From Candidatus Eiseniibacteriota bacterium (GTDB taxonomy: Bacteria > Eisenbacteria > RBG-16-71-46 > CAIMUX01), in contig JACKCR010000006.1 of NCBI GenBank assembly GCA_020633975.1, forward strand, positions 13,100 to 77,099: a DNA stretch of 64,000 bases, given 5' to 3'. The notes under the pieces are model-generated. The model worked only from the letters and a program-made list of their open reading frames with translations, made no database searches and was not told the DNA's origin. Below, piece by piece: positions 42,632 through 52,032 of the stretch (positions are counted from its first letter, which is position 1; the number at the start of each line of letters is the position of its first letter). The position numbers and the translations under genes were made by a program.

Positions 42632-42763
42632 CTGGTGGATCGGAAAATGGTACGCCGGGCCTGAGCAAACGCCGTAACCTCATGAGGGGTGTCGATCTGC
42701 GAGGATCCGGGCACTTGAATCCGACAGCGCGCTAAGTTGCTGTCCCTCGTTTAGTTAGCGGGC

Positions 42764-44128
42764 GTGGAACATTTTCCGCGCCACAACCCTCGGAGACCAA
42801 GGGTGATCGAGCTGTCGGGCTGGGGTAGACATCCACGGGTGTGGGCCGAGGAGGTCAAGTCCGAGTCGCTCGAGCGGATCACGGAGGCGGCGTCGCTCTC
42901 CAGAGGGCTCGGGCGTTCCTACGGCGACTCTTCGCTACCCGCACGCGAGGGCGCTACCGTCGCGAATTCGACGGCGGCAGACCGGCTCATTTCCTTCGAC
43001 GAGTCGACCGGGCTCGTGCGGGCCGAGGCGGGGTTCCCGCTCTTCGAGCTCGTCCGCCACTTCCTTCCGCGGGGCTGGTTCACGCCCGTCACTCCCGGAA
43101 CTCAGTTCGTCACCGTCGGTGGGATGGTGGCCTCCGATGTGCACGGAAAGAACCACCACGTCGAAGGGTGCTTCGGGGAGCATGTGACGGCGCTCAAGAT
43201 GCGGCTCGCGGATGGGCGGATCGTCGAGGTGACCGATGAGTCGGAGCCGGATCTGTTCCGCGCGACTCTGGGCGGGATGGGGCTCACCGGACACATCCTC
43301 GAGGTGTCGTTCCGTCTGCAGCGCGTCCCGAGCCCTTGGATCTATGGGGAGAGCGAGCAGGTTCCGAACTTCGAGACGTTGATCGAGCGGCTTCGCGAGG
43401 CGAGCCACGACTGGCCCTACACCGTGAGCTGGGTGGACTCGGTGCGGACGCACGGGGACGTGGGGCGAGGCATCCTCATGAAGGGGAGGTGGGCCGAGCC
43501 GCACGAAGCGCCGTCTCACGCGCCGGAGATCCGCCGTTCCGTGGCCGTGCCGTTCGACTTCCCGCGCTGGGCGCTTGCGCCGTGGTCGATGCGGCTCTTC
43601 AACTACGCGTACTTCCACAAGCACGGCGCTGGAGTGCATCGCGGGATCGAACACCCGCAGGACTTCTTCTACCCGCTCGACTTCGTGCGCCAGTGGAACC
43701 GGGTCTACGGCCCGGACGGATTCGTCCAGTATCAAGCGGTCGTTCCGGTGGCACAGGATCCGGGGGTGGCGCGTCGATTCTTCGATGTCCTGACCCGTGC
43801 CGAAGTGGGTTCGTTCCTCACCGTCGTCAAGGACTGTGGCCCGGAGGGGCGGGGCACTCTTTCGTTCCCACGTCCGGGCATCTCGATCGCCTGCGACATC
43901 CCGATGCGGGGCGACGCGACCCAGCGGTTGGTCGACGCGCTGAACGCGGTCGTCGTGTCCGCGGGAGGGCGGATCTACCTCACCAAGGACTCCCTCACGC
44001 GGCGCGAGGACTACGAACGGATGGACCCGAGATTGGAGCGGTTCCGCGAAGTGCGGAGGAAGTGGGACCCGGAGATGCGCATCAAGAGTGCGCAGTCGGT
44101 GCGTGTTTTCGGAGATTCGGCGGAGTAG
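42764..44128 (+). CDS. FAD-binding oxidoreductase, DprE1-like (decaprenylphosphoryl-ribose 2'-oxidase family)
   Basis: 454 aa. LSGWGRHP ... RGLGRSYGDSSL ... TPGTQFVTVGGMVASDVHGKNHH ... ATLGGMGLTGHILEVSFRL match the FAD_binding_4/DprE1 pattern. The real start may be the GTG at 42803. Confidence 0.8.
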   Translation: MEHFPRHNPRRPRVIELSGWGRHPRVWAEEVKSESLERITEAASLSRGLGRSYGDSSLPAREGATVANSTAADRLISFDESTGLVRAEAGFPLFELVRHFLPRGWFTPVTPGTQFVTVGGMVASDVHGKNHHVEGCFGEHVTALKMRLADGRIVEVTDESEPDLFRATLGGMGLTGHILEVSFRLQRVPSPWIYGESEQVPNFETLIERLREASHDWPYTVSWVDSVRTHGDVGRGILMKGRWAEPHEAPSHAPEIRRSVAVPFDFPRWALAPWSMRLFNYAYFHKHGAGVHRGIEHPQDFFYPLDFVRQWNRVYGPDGFVQYQAVVPVAQDPGVARRFFDVLTRAEVGSFLTVVKDCGPEGRGTLSFPRPGISIACDIPMRGDATQRLVDALNAVVVSAGGRIYLTKDSLTRREDYERMDPRLERFREVRRKWDPEMRIKSAQSVRVFGDSAE

Positions 44129-44258
44129 ATCGATGAGGCTGGTGCTTCGGCTCGGGTGTGGATGCCTCGGTGGGGTGCCGGGCGCTGCTTCGGGCGCGGA
44201 TGCCTGGGTAGAGTGCGGATGCTGCTTCGGATGTCGTTGAGGACGGAGGTTGTCGAAC

Positions 44259-44996
44259 GTGAAGGTAGTGATCATCGGGGCGACCAAGGGGATCGGTCGG
44301 TCCGTGGCTCGGATTCTGGCCGAGCGGGGAGACTCTCTCTTCGTCCTCGGAAGAAACGGCGACGAGCTCGCGCGAACGAAGCAGGACTTGGAAGCACGGC
44401 GTTCGTCGCTCTCCGTAGGGGCGGCTCATTGCGACCTTCTCGATGTCAGCACGATCGGGCCGGCGTTGGACGAAGCGGATCGCGCACTCGGTGGGTTCGA
44501 CACCGTCGTCGTGACGGCGGGACTCTTTGGCACGCAGGAGGAAATCGAGAACGACGCGGATCTGAGAGACCGTGTCCTCCAAGCGAACTTCGTCGGAACG
44601 ATTCAGTTCTGCGAAGCAGCGAAGGCCCTCCTCCTCTCGCGCGGCGGGGGGCGGCTCTGCGTGCTCTCGTCGGTTGCGGGGGAGAAGGCGCGGAAGCCGG
44701 TGGTCATCTACGGGGCAACCAAGGCCGGGCTGACGGCCTACCTGAATGGACTCGACGCACGGCACTACGCAGACGGACTTCGCGTCGTCGTCGTGAAGCC
44801 GGGCTTCGTCCGCACGACGATGACCGCGAACCTCCCGGAGCCTCCCTTCGCGGGAGACGTCGAACCGGTCGCTCGAGACATCGTCAAGGCGATCGACCGC
44901 GAATCATCCGAGATCTACACCCCTTGGATCTGGCGTTGGGTGATGACTGCGGTGCGGATGCTTCCACGCGGCTTCATGCGGAAGGCCAAGTTCTGA
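44259..44996 (+). CDS. Short-chain dehydrogenase/reductase, DprE2-like
   Basis: The ORF track starts at TTG 44250. GTG at 44259 lies 9 nt after GGAGG and is preferred. VKVVIIGATKGIGRSVA (TGxxxGxG type), SSVAGE ... YGATKAGL (YxxxK). Confidence 0.8.
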   Translation: MKVVIIGATKGIGRSVARILAERGDSLFVLGRNGDELARTKQDLEARRSSLSVGAAHCDLLDVSTIGPALDEADRALGGFDTVVVTAGLFGTQEEIENDADLRDRVLQANFVGTIQFCEAAKALLLSRGGGRLCVLSSVAGEKARKPVVIYGATKAGLTAYLNGLDARHYADGLRVVVVKPGFVRTTMTANLPEPPFAGDVEPVARDIVKAIDRESSEIYTPWIWRWVMTAVRMLPRGFMRKAKF

Positions 44997-44997
44997 A

Positions 44998-45990
44998 GTG
45001 ATCTTCGTGGGGACATCCGGCTACAGCTTTCGTGACTGGGTCGGTCCGTTCTATCCGGAAGGTACGCGCAATCAGGACATGCTCACCCGCTATGCGCGCG
45101 TGTTCCCGGCCGTCGAGATCAATGCGACCTACTATCGTCTGCCGAGCGTGCGCACGTTCGAGGGTATGGCGCGCGGGACTCCACCCGGATTCCGGTTCGT
45201 CGTCAAGTTGAGTGGATCCCTCACGCATGGGGCCGAAGGCCGCGTCCGCGGTGGTCGTCGGGGCGCAGGGACGGAGGCGGTCGAGCGCTCGAACTCGGGC
45301 GTTGGTCTGCAGCAGAGCTTGTTGCGCGAACCCGCTCCGGAGGCGGGAGTCGAGTGGGGCAGTGCCGCCGATGGCAGCGCTGCCGAGGGCAATTCCGACG
45401 AGGGCGATGCCGCCGATGGGAGTGCTGCCGACGGAGGAGTGACCAACGGAGTGGCCGGAGGGTGTCGCGCATTCCTCGGTGCGATCGCTCCGCTCGAAGA
45501 CGCCGGGAAGCTCGACGGGATCCTCGCCCAGTTTCCGTACCGGTTCCGTGCCGGATCGGAAGAGAGGGCTCATTTGGAGGAGTTGCGCCACAGGCTCGGG
45601 GAACGTCCGTTCTTCGTCGAGTTCCGTCACGAAAGCTGGGCACGAGAGTCGACGTATCGATTCCTCGAGGAACTGGGCGTCGGCTTTTGTGTCGTCGACG
45701 AACCGCGCCTCCCTGGTCTCTTTCCACCGGTCGTCAGACAAACGAACGACGTTGCGTACTTCCGATTCCACGGACGGAACGCCGAGCGTTGGTGGGATGG
45801 CGACAACTCGACGCGCTATGACTACCTGTACGACGAAGGGGAACTCCGGGAGTGGGCAGCGAAGATCCACGACACCGCGGCCCGCACCCGTCAGACCTTC
45901 GTCTTCTTCAACAACTGCCACGGAGGCTCCGCCCCGCGAAACGCCGAGCAGATGCAGGCTCTCCTCGGCGAGATGTACCGCGAGCCCTAG
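44998..45990 (+). CDS. DUF72-family protein carrying a low-complexity insertion of about 75 aa
   Basis: VGTSGYSFRDWVGPFYPEG ... FPAVEINATYYRLP ... GFRFVVKL and LAQFPYRF ... FFVEFRHESW ... VVDEP ... YFRFHGRN ... YDYLY are DUF72 hallmarks. Residues about 78-156 (45229-45465) are Gly/Ala/Asp-rich. Confidence 0.8.
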   Translation: MIFVGTSGYSFRDWVGPFYPEGTRNQDMLTRYARVFPAVEINATYYRLPSVRTFEGMARGTPPGFRFVVKLSGSLTHGAEGRVRGGRRGAGTEAVERSNSGVGLQQSLLREPAPEAGVEWGSAADGSAAEGNSDEGDAADGSAADGGVTNGVAGGCRAFLGAIAPLEDAGKLDGILAQFPYRFRAGSEERAHLEELRHRLGERPFFVEFRHESWARESTYRFLEELGVGFCVVDEPRLPGLFPPVVRQTNDVAYFRFHGRNAERWWDGDNSTRYDYLYDEGELREWAAKIHDTAARTRQTFVFFNNCHGGSAPRNAEQMQALLGEMYREP

Positions 45991-46184
45991 CCGCTGTGCG
46001 GCAACGGGTTGCCTTCGGTGCGCGTCATAACGACCTTTAGGGGTCCACGCCACACTCTAGGGGTATTCCCTGATTCTCGTAAGCGACCGTCGGCACGGCA
46101 CCGAAAACGAACTTGGACGTTCGCGGATTCCGCTCCGTTCCGGTGCGCCTGGCCGCGACGAAACCCAAGGGAGATCTCAGAACC

Positions 46185-46730
46185 ATGTTGACGACTCTCA
46201 AGTGCGCGATCGCAGGTCTCGTAGTCTTCGGCTTCTGCGTCGGCCAGGCCTCCGTCGCGGAGGTGCCTGCCAACGTTCAGGCGAAGGCGAAGACCCTGGC
46301 CTGGATCGGCAGCGACCCGGTGGTCGTGGAAGCCGTGAAGGAACACAACGCACACCTCTCTCCGGAAGCCAGTTCGATGACGAACGAGACCTGGAAGGGC
46401 CTCACCATCCTCGACAAGTTCGTTCGCTCCTTCTCCAAGAACGCCGTCGTCGAGCATCTGAAAGAGAAGCAGGACCCAGCCGTCTCCGAGCTCTTCATTT
46501 CGGGAGCTGACGGAACCAAGGTCGCGTTCTTCGCGAAGACGTCCAGTTGGTCCCACAAGGGCAAGGACAAGCACGAGCTTCCGATGCAAGGCGAGGTCTG
46601 GTTCGGAGACGTAGAAGTCGACGACTCCACGGGCGTCGAGCAGATCCAAGTCGGCTTCCCGGTTCTCGACGGGGAGACCCCGATCGGTTCGGTAGTCGTG
46701 GGACTCGCGCTCGACAAGCTCGGCTCCTGA
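46185..46730 (+). CDS. Secreted hypothetical protein, possibly a PDC/Cache-like ligand-binding module
   Basis: Internal ATG of ORF 46113..46730 at 46185, preceded by AAGGGAG. Signal peptide [25 protein letters not shown]. Ends 13 nt before the MCP gene. The fold assignment is a guess. Confidence 0.5.
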   Translation: MLTTLKCAIAGLVVFGFCVGQASVAEVPANVQAKAKTLAWIGSDPVVVEAVKEHNAHLSPEASSMTNETWKGLTILDKFVRSFSKNAVVEHLKEKQDPAVSELFISGADGTKVAFFAKTSSWSHKGKDKHELPMQGEVWFGDVEVDDSTGVEQIQVGFPVLDGETPIGSVVVGLALDKLGS

Positions 46731-46743
46731 GCGCGGGGCAGCC

Positions 46744-48369
46744 ATGAAACTAGGCATCGGGGCCAAACTCGGCATCTACTTTGGACTGTCGACACTCGCG
46801 ACGATTGGTGTCGTCGGGATCGTGTCCCATCTCCTACGCGATACTTCGACTTCCTGGCGAGTCCTGAACGACTCGACCAAGCAGAACACACAGGCGTCGG
46901 TCGGCCTGATCGAGAGCTTCGCCAAGCTCCAAGGCGTGACGCTCCGGATCATCCGGGAGGAGGATCCGGATGTTCTCGAATCCCTGGTCGACGAGTACTC
47001 CTCGTCGGTCAGTGCGCTTCGAGACATGATCGCGGATGAAGGAGCGGAAGCGGCTGACATCGCCGAGTCTCTCGAGGCACTCGACGCAGCCAACTCCAAG
47101 GCGACGGAGTCCGTCCTGCTTGGAAGAGGCGCACAAGCGAGCCAGATCTTCATCGAGCAGTCGAACCCTGTGTTCGAGGGGCTGCTCCATGAGATCGCGA
47201 GTCTCCAAGACGACCGGCTCGTTTCTCTAGAGGCGAGCGCCGCGGCAGAGCGCGCGGGGATTCTCAAGGCGGAGAAGTCCGTTTGGATCGGGGTCGGCGT
47301 GTTCCTCTTGATCCTAACCGCGGCCGGAATGTTCCTCGTGCGCACGGTGTCGCGGTCACTCCGCACCATCGGCGAGCGGATCCGAGCCGTCGCCGAAGGA
47401 GACGGGGACCTGACGCAAAGGCTCCCCGTGACCTCGCAAGACGAAATCGGGGACATATCGGCGGCACTCAACGCGTTCCTCGAGAAGCTGCAGAACGTGA
47501 TGCGGCAGGTTTCGGCGACGACCCTTCGGCTCAACGAGGCGAGTGGTCGATTGGCGGACAACTCGGCCGGTCAGAGCGAGCGTGTCCAGTCCCAGCGCCG
47601 TGAAGCGGAGCAGGTGGCAGCGGCGATCGAGGAGATGTCGGCCACGGTCGGCGAGGTCTCGCGGAGCGCTAGCTCTGCGTCCGAGGCCTCACGTCTGGCT
47701 ACCGAAACGGCACGGAGTGGTGGTTCGGTCGTCGAGACGGCCGTGTCCCAGATGCGTCGACTCGCGTCCTCTGTCGAACGGAGCGCGGAGCAGGTCGAAG
47801 CTCTCGGAAGGCAGTCCGATCGCGTAGGCGAGATCATCGCCGTGATCGACGAGATCGCCGAGCAGACGAACCTCCTCGCACTCAACGCCGCGATCGAGGC
47901 GGCCCGGGCTGGAGAGCAAGGACGGGGGTTCGCGGTCGTCGCGGACGAAGTCCGGAAGCTCGCGGAACGGACCGGACGTGCCACCCAGGAGATCGCCGAA
48001 GTGATCGAGGAGATCCAGGGCGAGACGAAGAAGGCCGTTGCGGTGATGCAGGAAGGGACCGGCTTTGCGACGGAGGGAGTGACTGCAACGGAGCAGGCGG
48101 GAGAAGCGCTCGAAAAGATCATTCAGATGGCCGACGAGGTCGGAAGCATGGTCAACCAGATCGCTGCTGCCACATCGGAGCAGGCCGCGTCGACCGACCA
48201 GATCAACACGAACGTCGAGAGCATGGCGAACGTGACGTCTGAGGCTGCGTCTGGAGCCGAAGAGGCCGCGCACTCCGCGTCTGAGCTCTCGGGTCTCGCG
48301 GCGGAACTGGAAGAACTTCTCTCGCACTTCCGACTGGAGTCGGAGTCGATCCACCGTAGAGCGGCGTAG
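46744..48369 (+). CDS. Methyl-accepting chemotaxis protein (four-helix-bundle sensor, HAMP, signalling domain)
   Basis: 541 aa with two TM helices. HAMP ([42 protein letters not shown]) and the canonical tip [41 protein letters not shown]. Confidence 0.92.
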   Translation: MKLGIGAKLGIYFGLSTLATIGVVGIVSHLLRDTSTSWRVLNDSTKQNTQASVGLIESFAKLQGVTLRIIREEDPDVLESLVDEYSSSVSALRDMIADEGAEAADIAESLEALDAANSKATESVLLGRGAQASQIFIEQSNPVFEGLLHEIASLQDDRLVSLEASAAAERAGILKAEKSVWIGVGVFLLILTAAGMFLVRTVSRSLRTIGERIRAVAEGDGDLTQRLPVTSQDEIGDISAALNAFLEKLQNVMRQVSATTLRLNEASGRLADNSAGQSERVQSQRREAEQVAAAIEEMSATVGEVSRSASSASEASRLATETARSGGSVVETAVSQMRRLASSVERSAEQVEALGRQSDRVGEIIAVIDEIAEQTNLLALNAAIEAARAGEQGRGFAVVADEVRKLAERTGRATQEIAEVIEEIQGETKKAVAVMQEGTGFATEGVTATEQAGEALEKIIQMADEVGSMVNQIAAATSEQAASTDQINTNVESMANVTSEAASGAEEAAHSASELSGLAAELEELLSHFRLESESIHRRAA

Positions 48370-48375
48370 GCGGCT

Positions 48376-48401
48376 GGCGCTGGCGGTTCACCGCCAGCGC
48401 C
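48376..48401. terminator. Strong GC hairpin 7 nt after the MCP stop, between convergent genes
   Basis: GGCGCTGGCGG (48376-48386), loop TTCA, CCGCCAGCGCC (48391-48401): an 11-bp perfect stem. No U-tract. Confidence 0.5.
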
Positions 48402-48529
48402 TCGCCTCGGACTCAGACTCGGCCCGGAGCGGTCCGGCGATGCTCAGTCGCCGGAGCTGGCCCGCACACGACTCGCCGACGGGCTCGAACTCGGCGCGCC
48501 CGGACGCCGACTGGCGACTCGCTCGCGGA

Positions 48530-49459
48530 TCAGGAGTGCGGAAGTCGGGGCGGTGCGTCACCCACGCCGCCTCCGCCGAAGCCACCTCCTCCGCCGATCG
48601 ACGCGATGAACGTCGCCTGTTCCGGCAGGAGCTCGACGGCCGCGCCGGACGCGAGAAGACGGTCCGTTTCCATCACCTCCAGTACCGTCTCCAAGATCGC
48701 GGGATCGTTTCGGCCGATCTCGTTGAGGGTCTTCCCGACCACGGCCGGGCGCGCGGCTGCGGCCTCTGCGAGCTTCTGCGACACTTTCTTCGCCGTCTCG
48801 GACTTGATGAGGCCGACCCGGTTCTCGCCGTCCTGCTTCATCGCGCTCGTCACCTGGACCAGTCGCTTCACGACCTTCTCGGTGATGTTGTCGACCATGT
48901 GTCGATCGGTGAATGCCACCTTCCGGATGTAGACCGAGCCGAGTCGGTAGCCCCACTTCTCCGAGAGCGGAGAGACCGCCGCGCGCACGGTCCGGCTGAG
49001 GCTGTGACGGTCTTCCAGCATCTTCTCCATCTCGAGGTTGCTGAGAGTCGAGACCGTGGAGCTCGCGACGTTGGCTTGGAGCGAGCCTTCCGGGTTGGCG
49101 TTCGTAAAGAGGTAGGAGACGGGGTCGCTCACCTGCATCTCGTACCAGATGCCGACGCCCATCGGCGTTCCCTCTTCCGAGTTCACCATCTGACCACGTA
49201 GGTAGTGTTGGCGCAGCGCGGTCGACACTCGGTACCGCTTCCCGAAGAACGGAAGGAGCAGCGCCTTGGGCCCGAACTTCGCGACTGGAAAGCGCAGACC
49301 CGGTTCGTCGATCGTCCCTGCGACCTTGCCGAACAGCGTGTAGACCTGGGCTTCCCTCTCCTGGACGATCGTGTAGAGCCCGAACCACGTCGCGAGCCTG
49401 AGGAGGATCGGGAAGAGAAGGAATCCGACGACGCCAGCGATGATGACAGTAGGGTTCAT
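48530..49459 (-). CDS. SPFH/band-7 domain protein
   Basis: 309 aa. N-terminal TM helix, then YTIVQEREAQVYTLFGKVAGTIDEPGLRF ... and a coiled-coil region. Gly-rich tail GGGGGFGGGGVG. Confidence 0.8.
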   Translation of the reverse strand: MNPTVIIAGVVGFLLFPILLRLATWFGLYTIVQEREAQVYTLFGKVAGTIDEPGLRFPVAKFGPKALLLPFFGKRYRVSTALRQHYLRGQMVNSEEGTPMGVGIWYEMQVSDPVSYLFTNANPEGSLQANVASSTVSTLSNLEMEKMLEDRHSLSRTVRAAVSPLSEKWGYRLGSVYIRKVAFTDRHMVDNITEKVVKRLVQVTSAMKQDGENRVGLIKSETAKKVSQKLAEAAAARPAVVGKTLNEIGRNDPAILETVLEVMETDRLLASGAAVELLPEQATFIASIGGGGGFGGGGVGDAPPRLPHS

Positions 49460-49469
49460 CGGTGCCTCC

Positions 49470-50558
49470 TCACTTCGCCTGCATGACGATACGGCGCGCG
49501 CGCGTCAGGAGCGGCACACGCTGGTTCCGGACGTAGGCCACGAGCGCGTCCTGTCCCGCTTCCCGCTTGATCCCCGTGAGCGCTTCTGCGAGCACACGGA
49601 GAGGGGCGACTTCGGCTTCCGCGTTGTTCTGCGCGATCTCGACGGCACGCTCACTCATCGTGATCTGCTGCTCGGCGTCGGCCCGCGCAGTCGAGATATC
49701 GGCCGCGACCTGGTTCCGCGTGCTGTTGATCGCGGACAGTGCCCTGTCGACTTCGAGCGGTGGATCGATCTCGGTGATGAGGGCAGCGTCGAGCTCGATC
49801 CCGTACCGGCCCTGTGTCGCCTTGCACTGCTCTTCCATGTACTGGTTGAGGAGCGGGAGGTTCTTGCGGAGGTCGTTGATCGAGACGCCCTCGGAGAGTT
49901 CGATGCCGGGCCGACGCGCGGCCTCGCCCGGGCCGCCCACACCGCCAACGGCGTCAGGGTCGCCCGTTCCGCCGAGCCGGCCTCCGGGAGCCCTCGGCCC
50001 GCCCGGCACAGTGTCCTCCGCAGACAACGGAGGTGGCGATTCGAATCCTTCCGTTATGAGGCTCGCGCCCTTCGGGTCGACGAAGTTCGCGATCCGTTCG
50101 CGCAGGACGGAGATGAAGAACCCCATCACGTGTTCGAGCGGACTCGATACTCCGAAGAGATACGCGTAGAGGTTGTTCTCACTCACCCGATAGCGAATCT
50201 GTCCGTTCACGCCCGTGGTCAGGTTGTCCTTCGTCACAGCTTCGATCGTCGTCTGCTCCTTCGTCGGATCCCAGACGACATCGACGGCCTGCGTCGCGAC
50301 ACTCACCTTGTGCACCTTCTGCCACGGCAGCTTGAGGTACGGCCCGCCCGGTTGCACCACGCGAACGCGCGGGTATGGGTACCGCTCCCGCTCCGCGTCC
50401 GAGAGGTTCGGGTCCACGTTCTGGACGGCGATCCGCTCGGCCCGGCCAAAACTCGTAATGACTGCCCGCTCGTCCGGTCGAACGGTATAGAAGCCACTCG
50501 CGAGCACTCTCAAGAAGAAGTAGAGCGCGAGTCCGAACAAGAACGCGATCAGTTCCAT
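49470..50558 (-). CDS. SPFH/band-7 domain protein with a Gly/Pro-rich insertion
   Basis: Internal ATG of ORF 49470..50750 at 50558, preceded by AAGGAG. TM helix, then FYTVRPDERAVITSFGRAERI ... VVQPGGPYLKLPWQKVHKVS ... Insertion PGGPRAPGGRLGGTGDPDAVGGVGGPGEAARRPG. Confidence 0.75.
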   Translation of the reverse strand: MELIAFLFGLALYFFLRVLASGFYTVRPDERAVITSFGRAERIAVQNVDPNLSDAERERYPYPRVRVVQPGGPYLKLPWQKVHKVSVATQAVDVVWDPTKEQTTIEAVTKDNLTTGVNGQIRYRVSENNLYAYLFGVSSPLEHVMGFFISVLRERIANFVDPKGASLITEGFESPPPLSAEDTVPGGPRAPGGRLGGTGDPDAVGGVGGPGEAARRPGIELSEGVSINDLRKNLPLLNQYMEEQCKATQGRYGIELDAALITEIDPPLEVDRALSAINSTRNQVAADISTARADAEQQITMSERAVEIAQNNAEAEVAPLRVLAEALTGIKREAGQDALVAYVRNQRVPLLTRARRIVMQAK

Positions 50559-50747
50559 GGCGGCTCCTTTGGGCTCGACCCACGCCCCCCATTTCCTCGT
50601 CGATCCAGTCGACGACTTGGGGGGCGATTCGAGCGAGGATGAGGTCGTGACGCGGCGCGAGCCTACCCCAGGGAATCGAGGTTGGCACGCGGAAAGCCAG
50701 GGAGGAGACTTCGATCGGCGGGGAGCGAGTTCGGTGAGAATCTCGGG

Positions 50748-50831
50748 CACGAATCCGGCGACGAGTCCGGCGAAGAGTCCGGCGAAGAGTTCGGCGAAGA
50801 GTTCGGCGACGAGTCCGGCGAAGAGTTCCCC
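50748..50831. repeat. Intergenic 12-nt minisatellite, 7 units (consensus GAAGAGTYCGGC)
   Basis: cacgaatccggc gacgagtccggc gaagagtccggc gaagagttcggc gaagagttcggc gacgagtccggc gaagagttcccc at 50748-50831. It lies between the divergent starts at 50558 (-) and 50903 (+). Confidence 0.9.
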
Positions 50832-50902
50832 GCGGGGAGTTCCGGGCTGGGATTCCGGCGAGTCGCCCGGCGAGTTGAGGAGTGCTTCGTTCGGAGGATG
50901 AG

Positions 50903-51277
50903 ATGGCGAGGAACCCGGTCATTTGGTGGGAGATCAACGCGAAGGACGGTGAGCGGCTCACCGAGTTCTACCGCGAAGTCTTCGAGTGGGACTGTCCCCT
51001 CGACGAGGGCTCGGGCATCTGGGAGGTGGACAGCACCGGCGGCCGGTCCGGAGCGATCTCCGGAGGCATCTTCACCGGGAAGGGACGCCTGCCCTATCAC
51101 CGTTGCCTCTACGTCGAAGTGGAGGACATCGAGGAGATGACCCGTCGAGTCGTGGCGAATGGATTGCCGATTCTGCAGGGGCCGTTCGAGGTGGGGGGCG
51201 GGACGCAGCTGGCGTTCTTCCAGGATCCCGAGGGGCACATGATCGGGTTACTCCAGCGGGCGAAAGACGGGGAGTAG
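50903..51277 (+). CDS. VOC (glyoxalase/bleomycin-resistance) family protein
   Basis: ATG at 50903 lies 5 nt after GGAGGA. VIWWEINAKDGERLTEFYREVFEW ... YVEVEDIEEMTRRVVANGLPILQGPFEV ... LAFFQDPEGHMIGLL is the paired beta-alpha-beta-beta-beta pattern. Confidence 0.75.
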   Translation: MARNPVIWWEINAKDGERLTEFYREVFEWDCPLDEGSGIWEVDSTGGRSGAISGGIFTGKGRLPYHRCLYVEVEDIEEMTRRVVANGLPILQGPFEVGGGTQLAFFQDPEGHMIGLLQRAKDGE

Positions 51278-51417
51278 GTCGGGATTGGTGTGGACCGGTC
51301 GGGAGGAGTCTCGGCGCTGAGACTGGCACGAACTGGCCGCTTCCTGATCGACGCCGAGAGCCGCGTTGCAGGACGCTCTTGGTGCTCGTATGAAACCGAG
51401 TGGCTGTGTTGGCGCCC

Positions 51418-51897
51418 CTACTCCATCCCGATGCGCTTCTCGTACCGCCAGACTTCGAGTGGGAAGGTCCCGTCCGGAGTCGGGAGGGGACTCACCACGG
51501 TTCCAACGCGTTCCCAGCCGTTCTTCTCGTAGAACCTCGCGGCTCGATCGTTCCCGATGGCGCACGCGAGCCAGGCAGTCTCGGCGCCGAGTGCCGCGAT
51601 GCGCTCCTCGCCATCCGCCAACAAGGCCGCAGCGACTCCCTTGCCACGTGCTTCGGCCGACACATAGAGCTGGTAGATCTCGTCGTCCTTGACGAAGCAG
51701 AACCCGAGAGGTGCCCCTGGATCTCCAGCGACGCGAACCGTAGCCAGTCCGTCACGCAGCCTCTGACGGAAGCTCTCCAAAGTTCGGTAGCGAGCGAGCT
51801 CCGGCGGGAGGATGTCGGCATGGGCGTCCTGCCAGCCGCGATGCCAGATGACGGCGAGTGGGTCGATCTCGTTGTCGAGAGGGGAGCGGATGCGCAT
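51418..51897 (-). CDS. GNAT-family N-acetyltransferase
   Basis: ATG at 51897 lies 5 nt after AAGGAG. IYQLYVSAEARGKGVAAALL ... NDRAARFYEKNGW is the acetyl-CoA-binding motif (Q/RxxGxG/A). Confidence 0.8.
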   Translation of the reverse strand: MRIRSPLDNEIDPLAVIWHRGWQDAHADILPPELARYRTLESFRQRLRDGLATVRVAGDPGAPLGFCFVKDDEIYQLYVSAEARGKGVAAALLADGEERIAALGAETAWLACAIGNDRAARFYEKNGWERVGTVVSPLPTPDGTFPLEVWRYEKRIGME

Positions 51898-52032
51898 GGA
51901 GTCTCCTTGGGAGCTGTGTGCCGCCATCCTCTCATGACGCCGCTCATCTATCACCAGCGAACCCGCGCGCCCGCTTCCCTGCGTCTTCGTCACAGCCGGG
52001 AGTGCCCGCGTCACCGCATTCCGGACGCGCTC

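Noticed and set aside
50038-50048. tRNA T-arm-like GATTCGAATCC. Other TTCGAA occurrences were also checked while scanning for tRNA genes.
   Set aside because: All of them lie inside well-supported coding sequence, and none has a flanking acceptor or anticodon stem. No tRNA or tmRNA is called in this window.
50682-51140. ORF encoding an acidic repeat peptide (GHESGDESGEESGEEFGEEFGDESGEEF).
   Set aside because: The repeat is the 12-nt minisatellite read in one frame. The remainder of the ORF overlaps the VOC gene out of frame. There is no SD motif or credible start.
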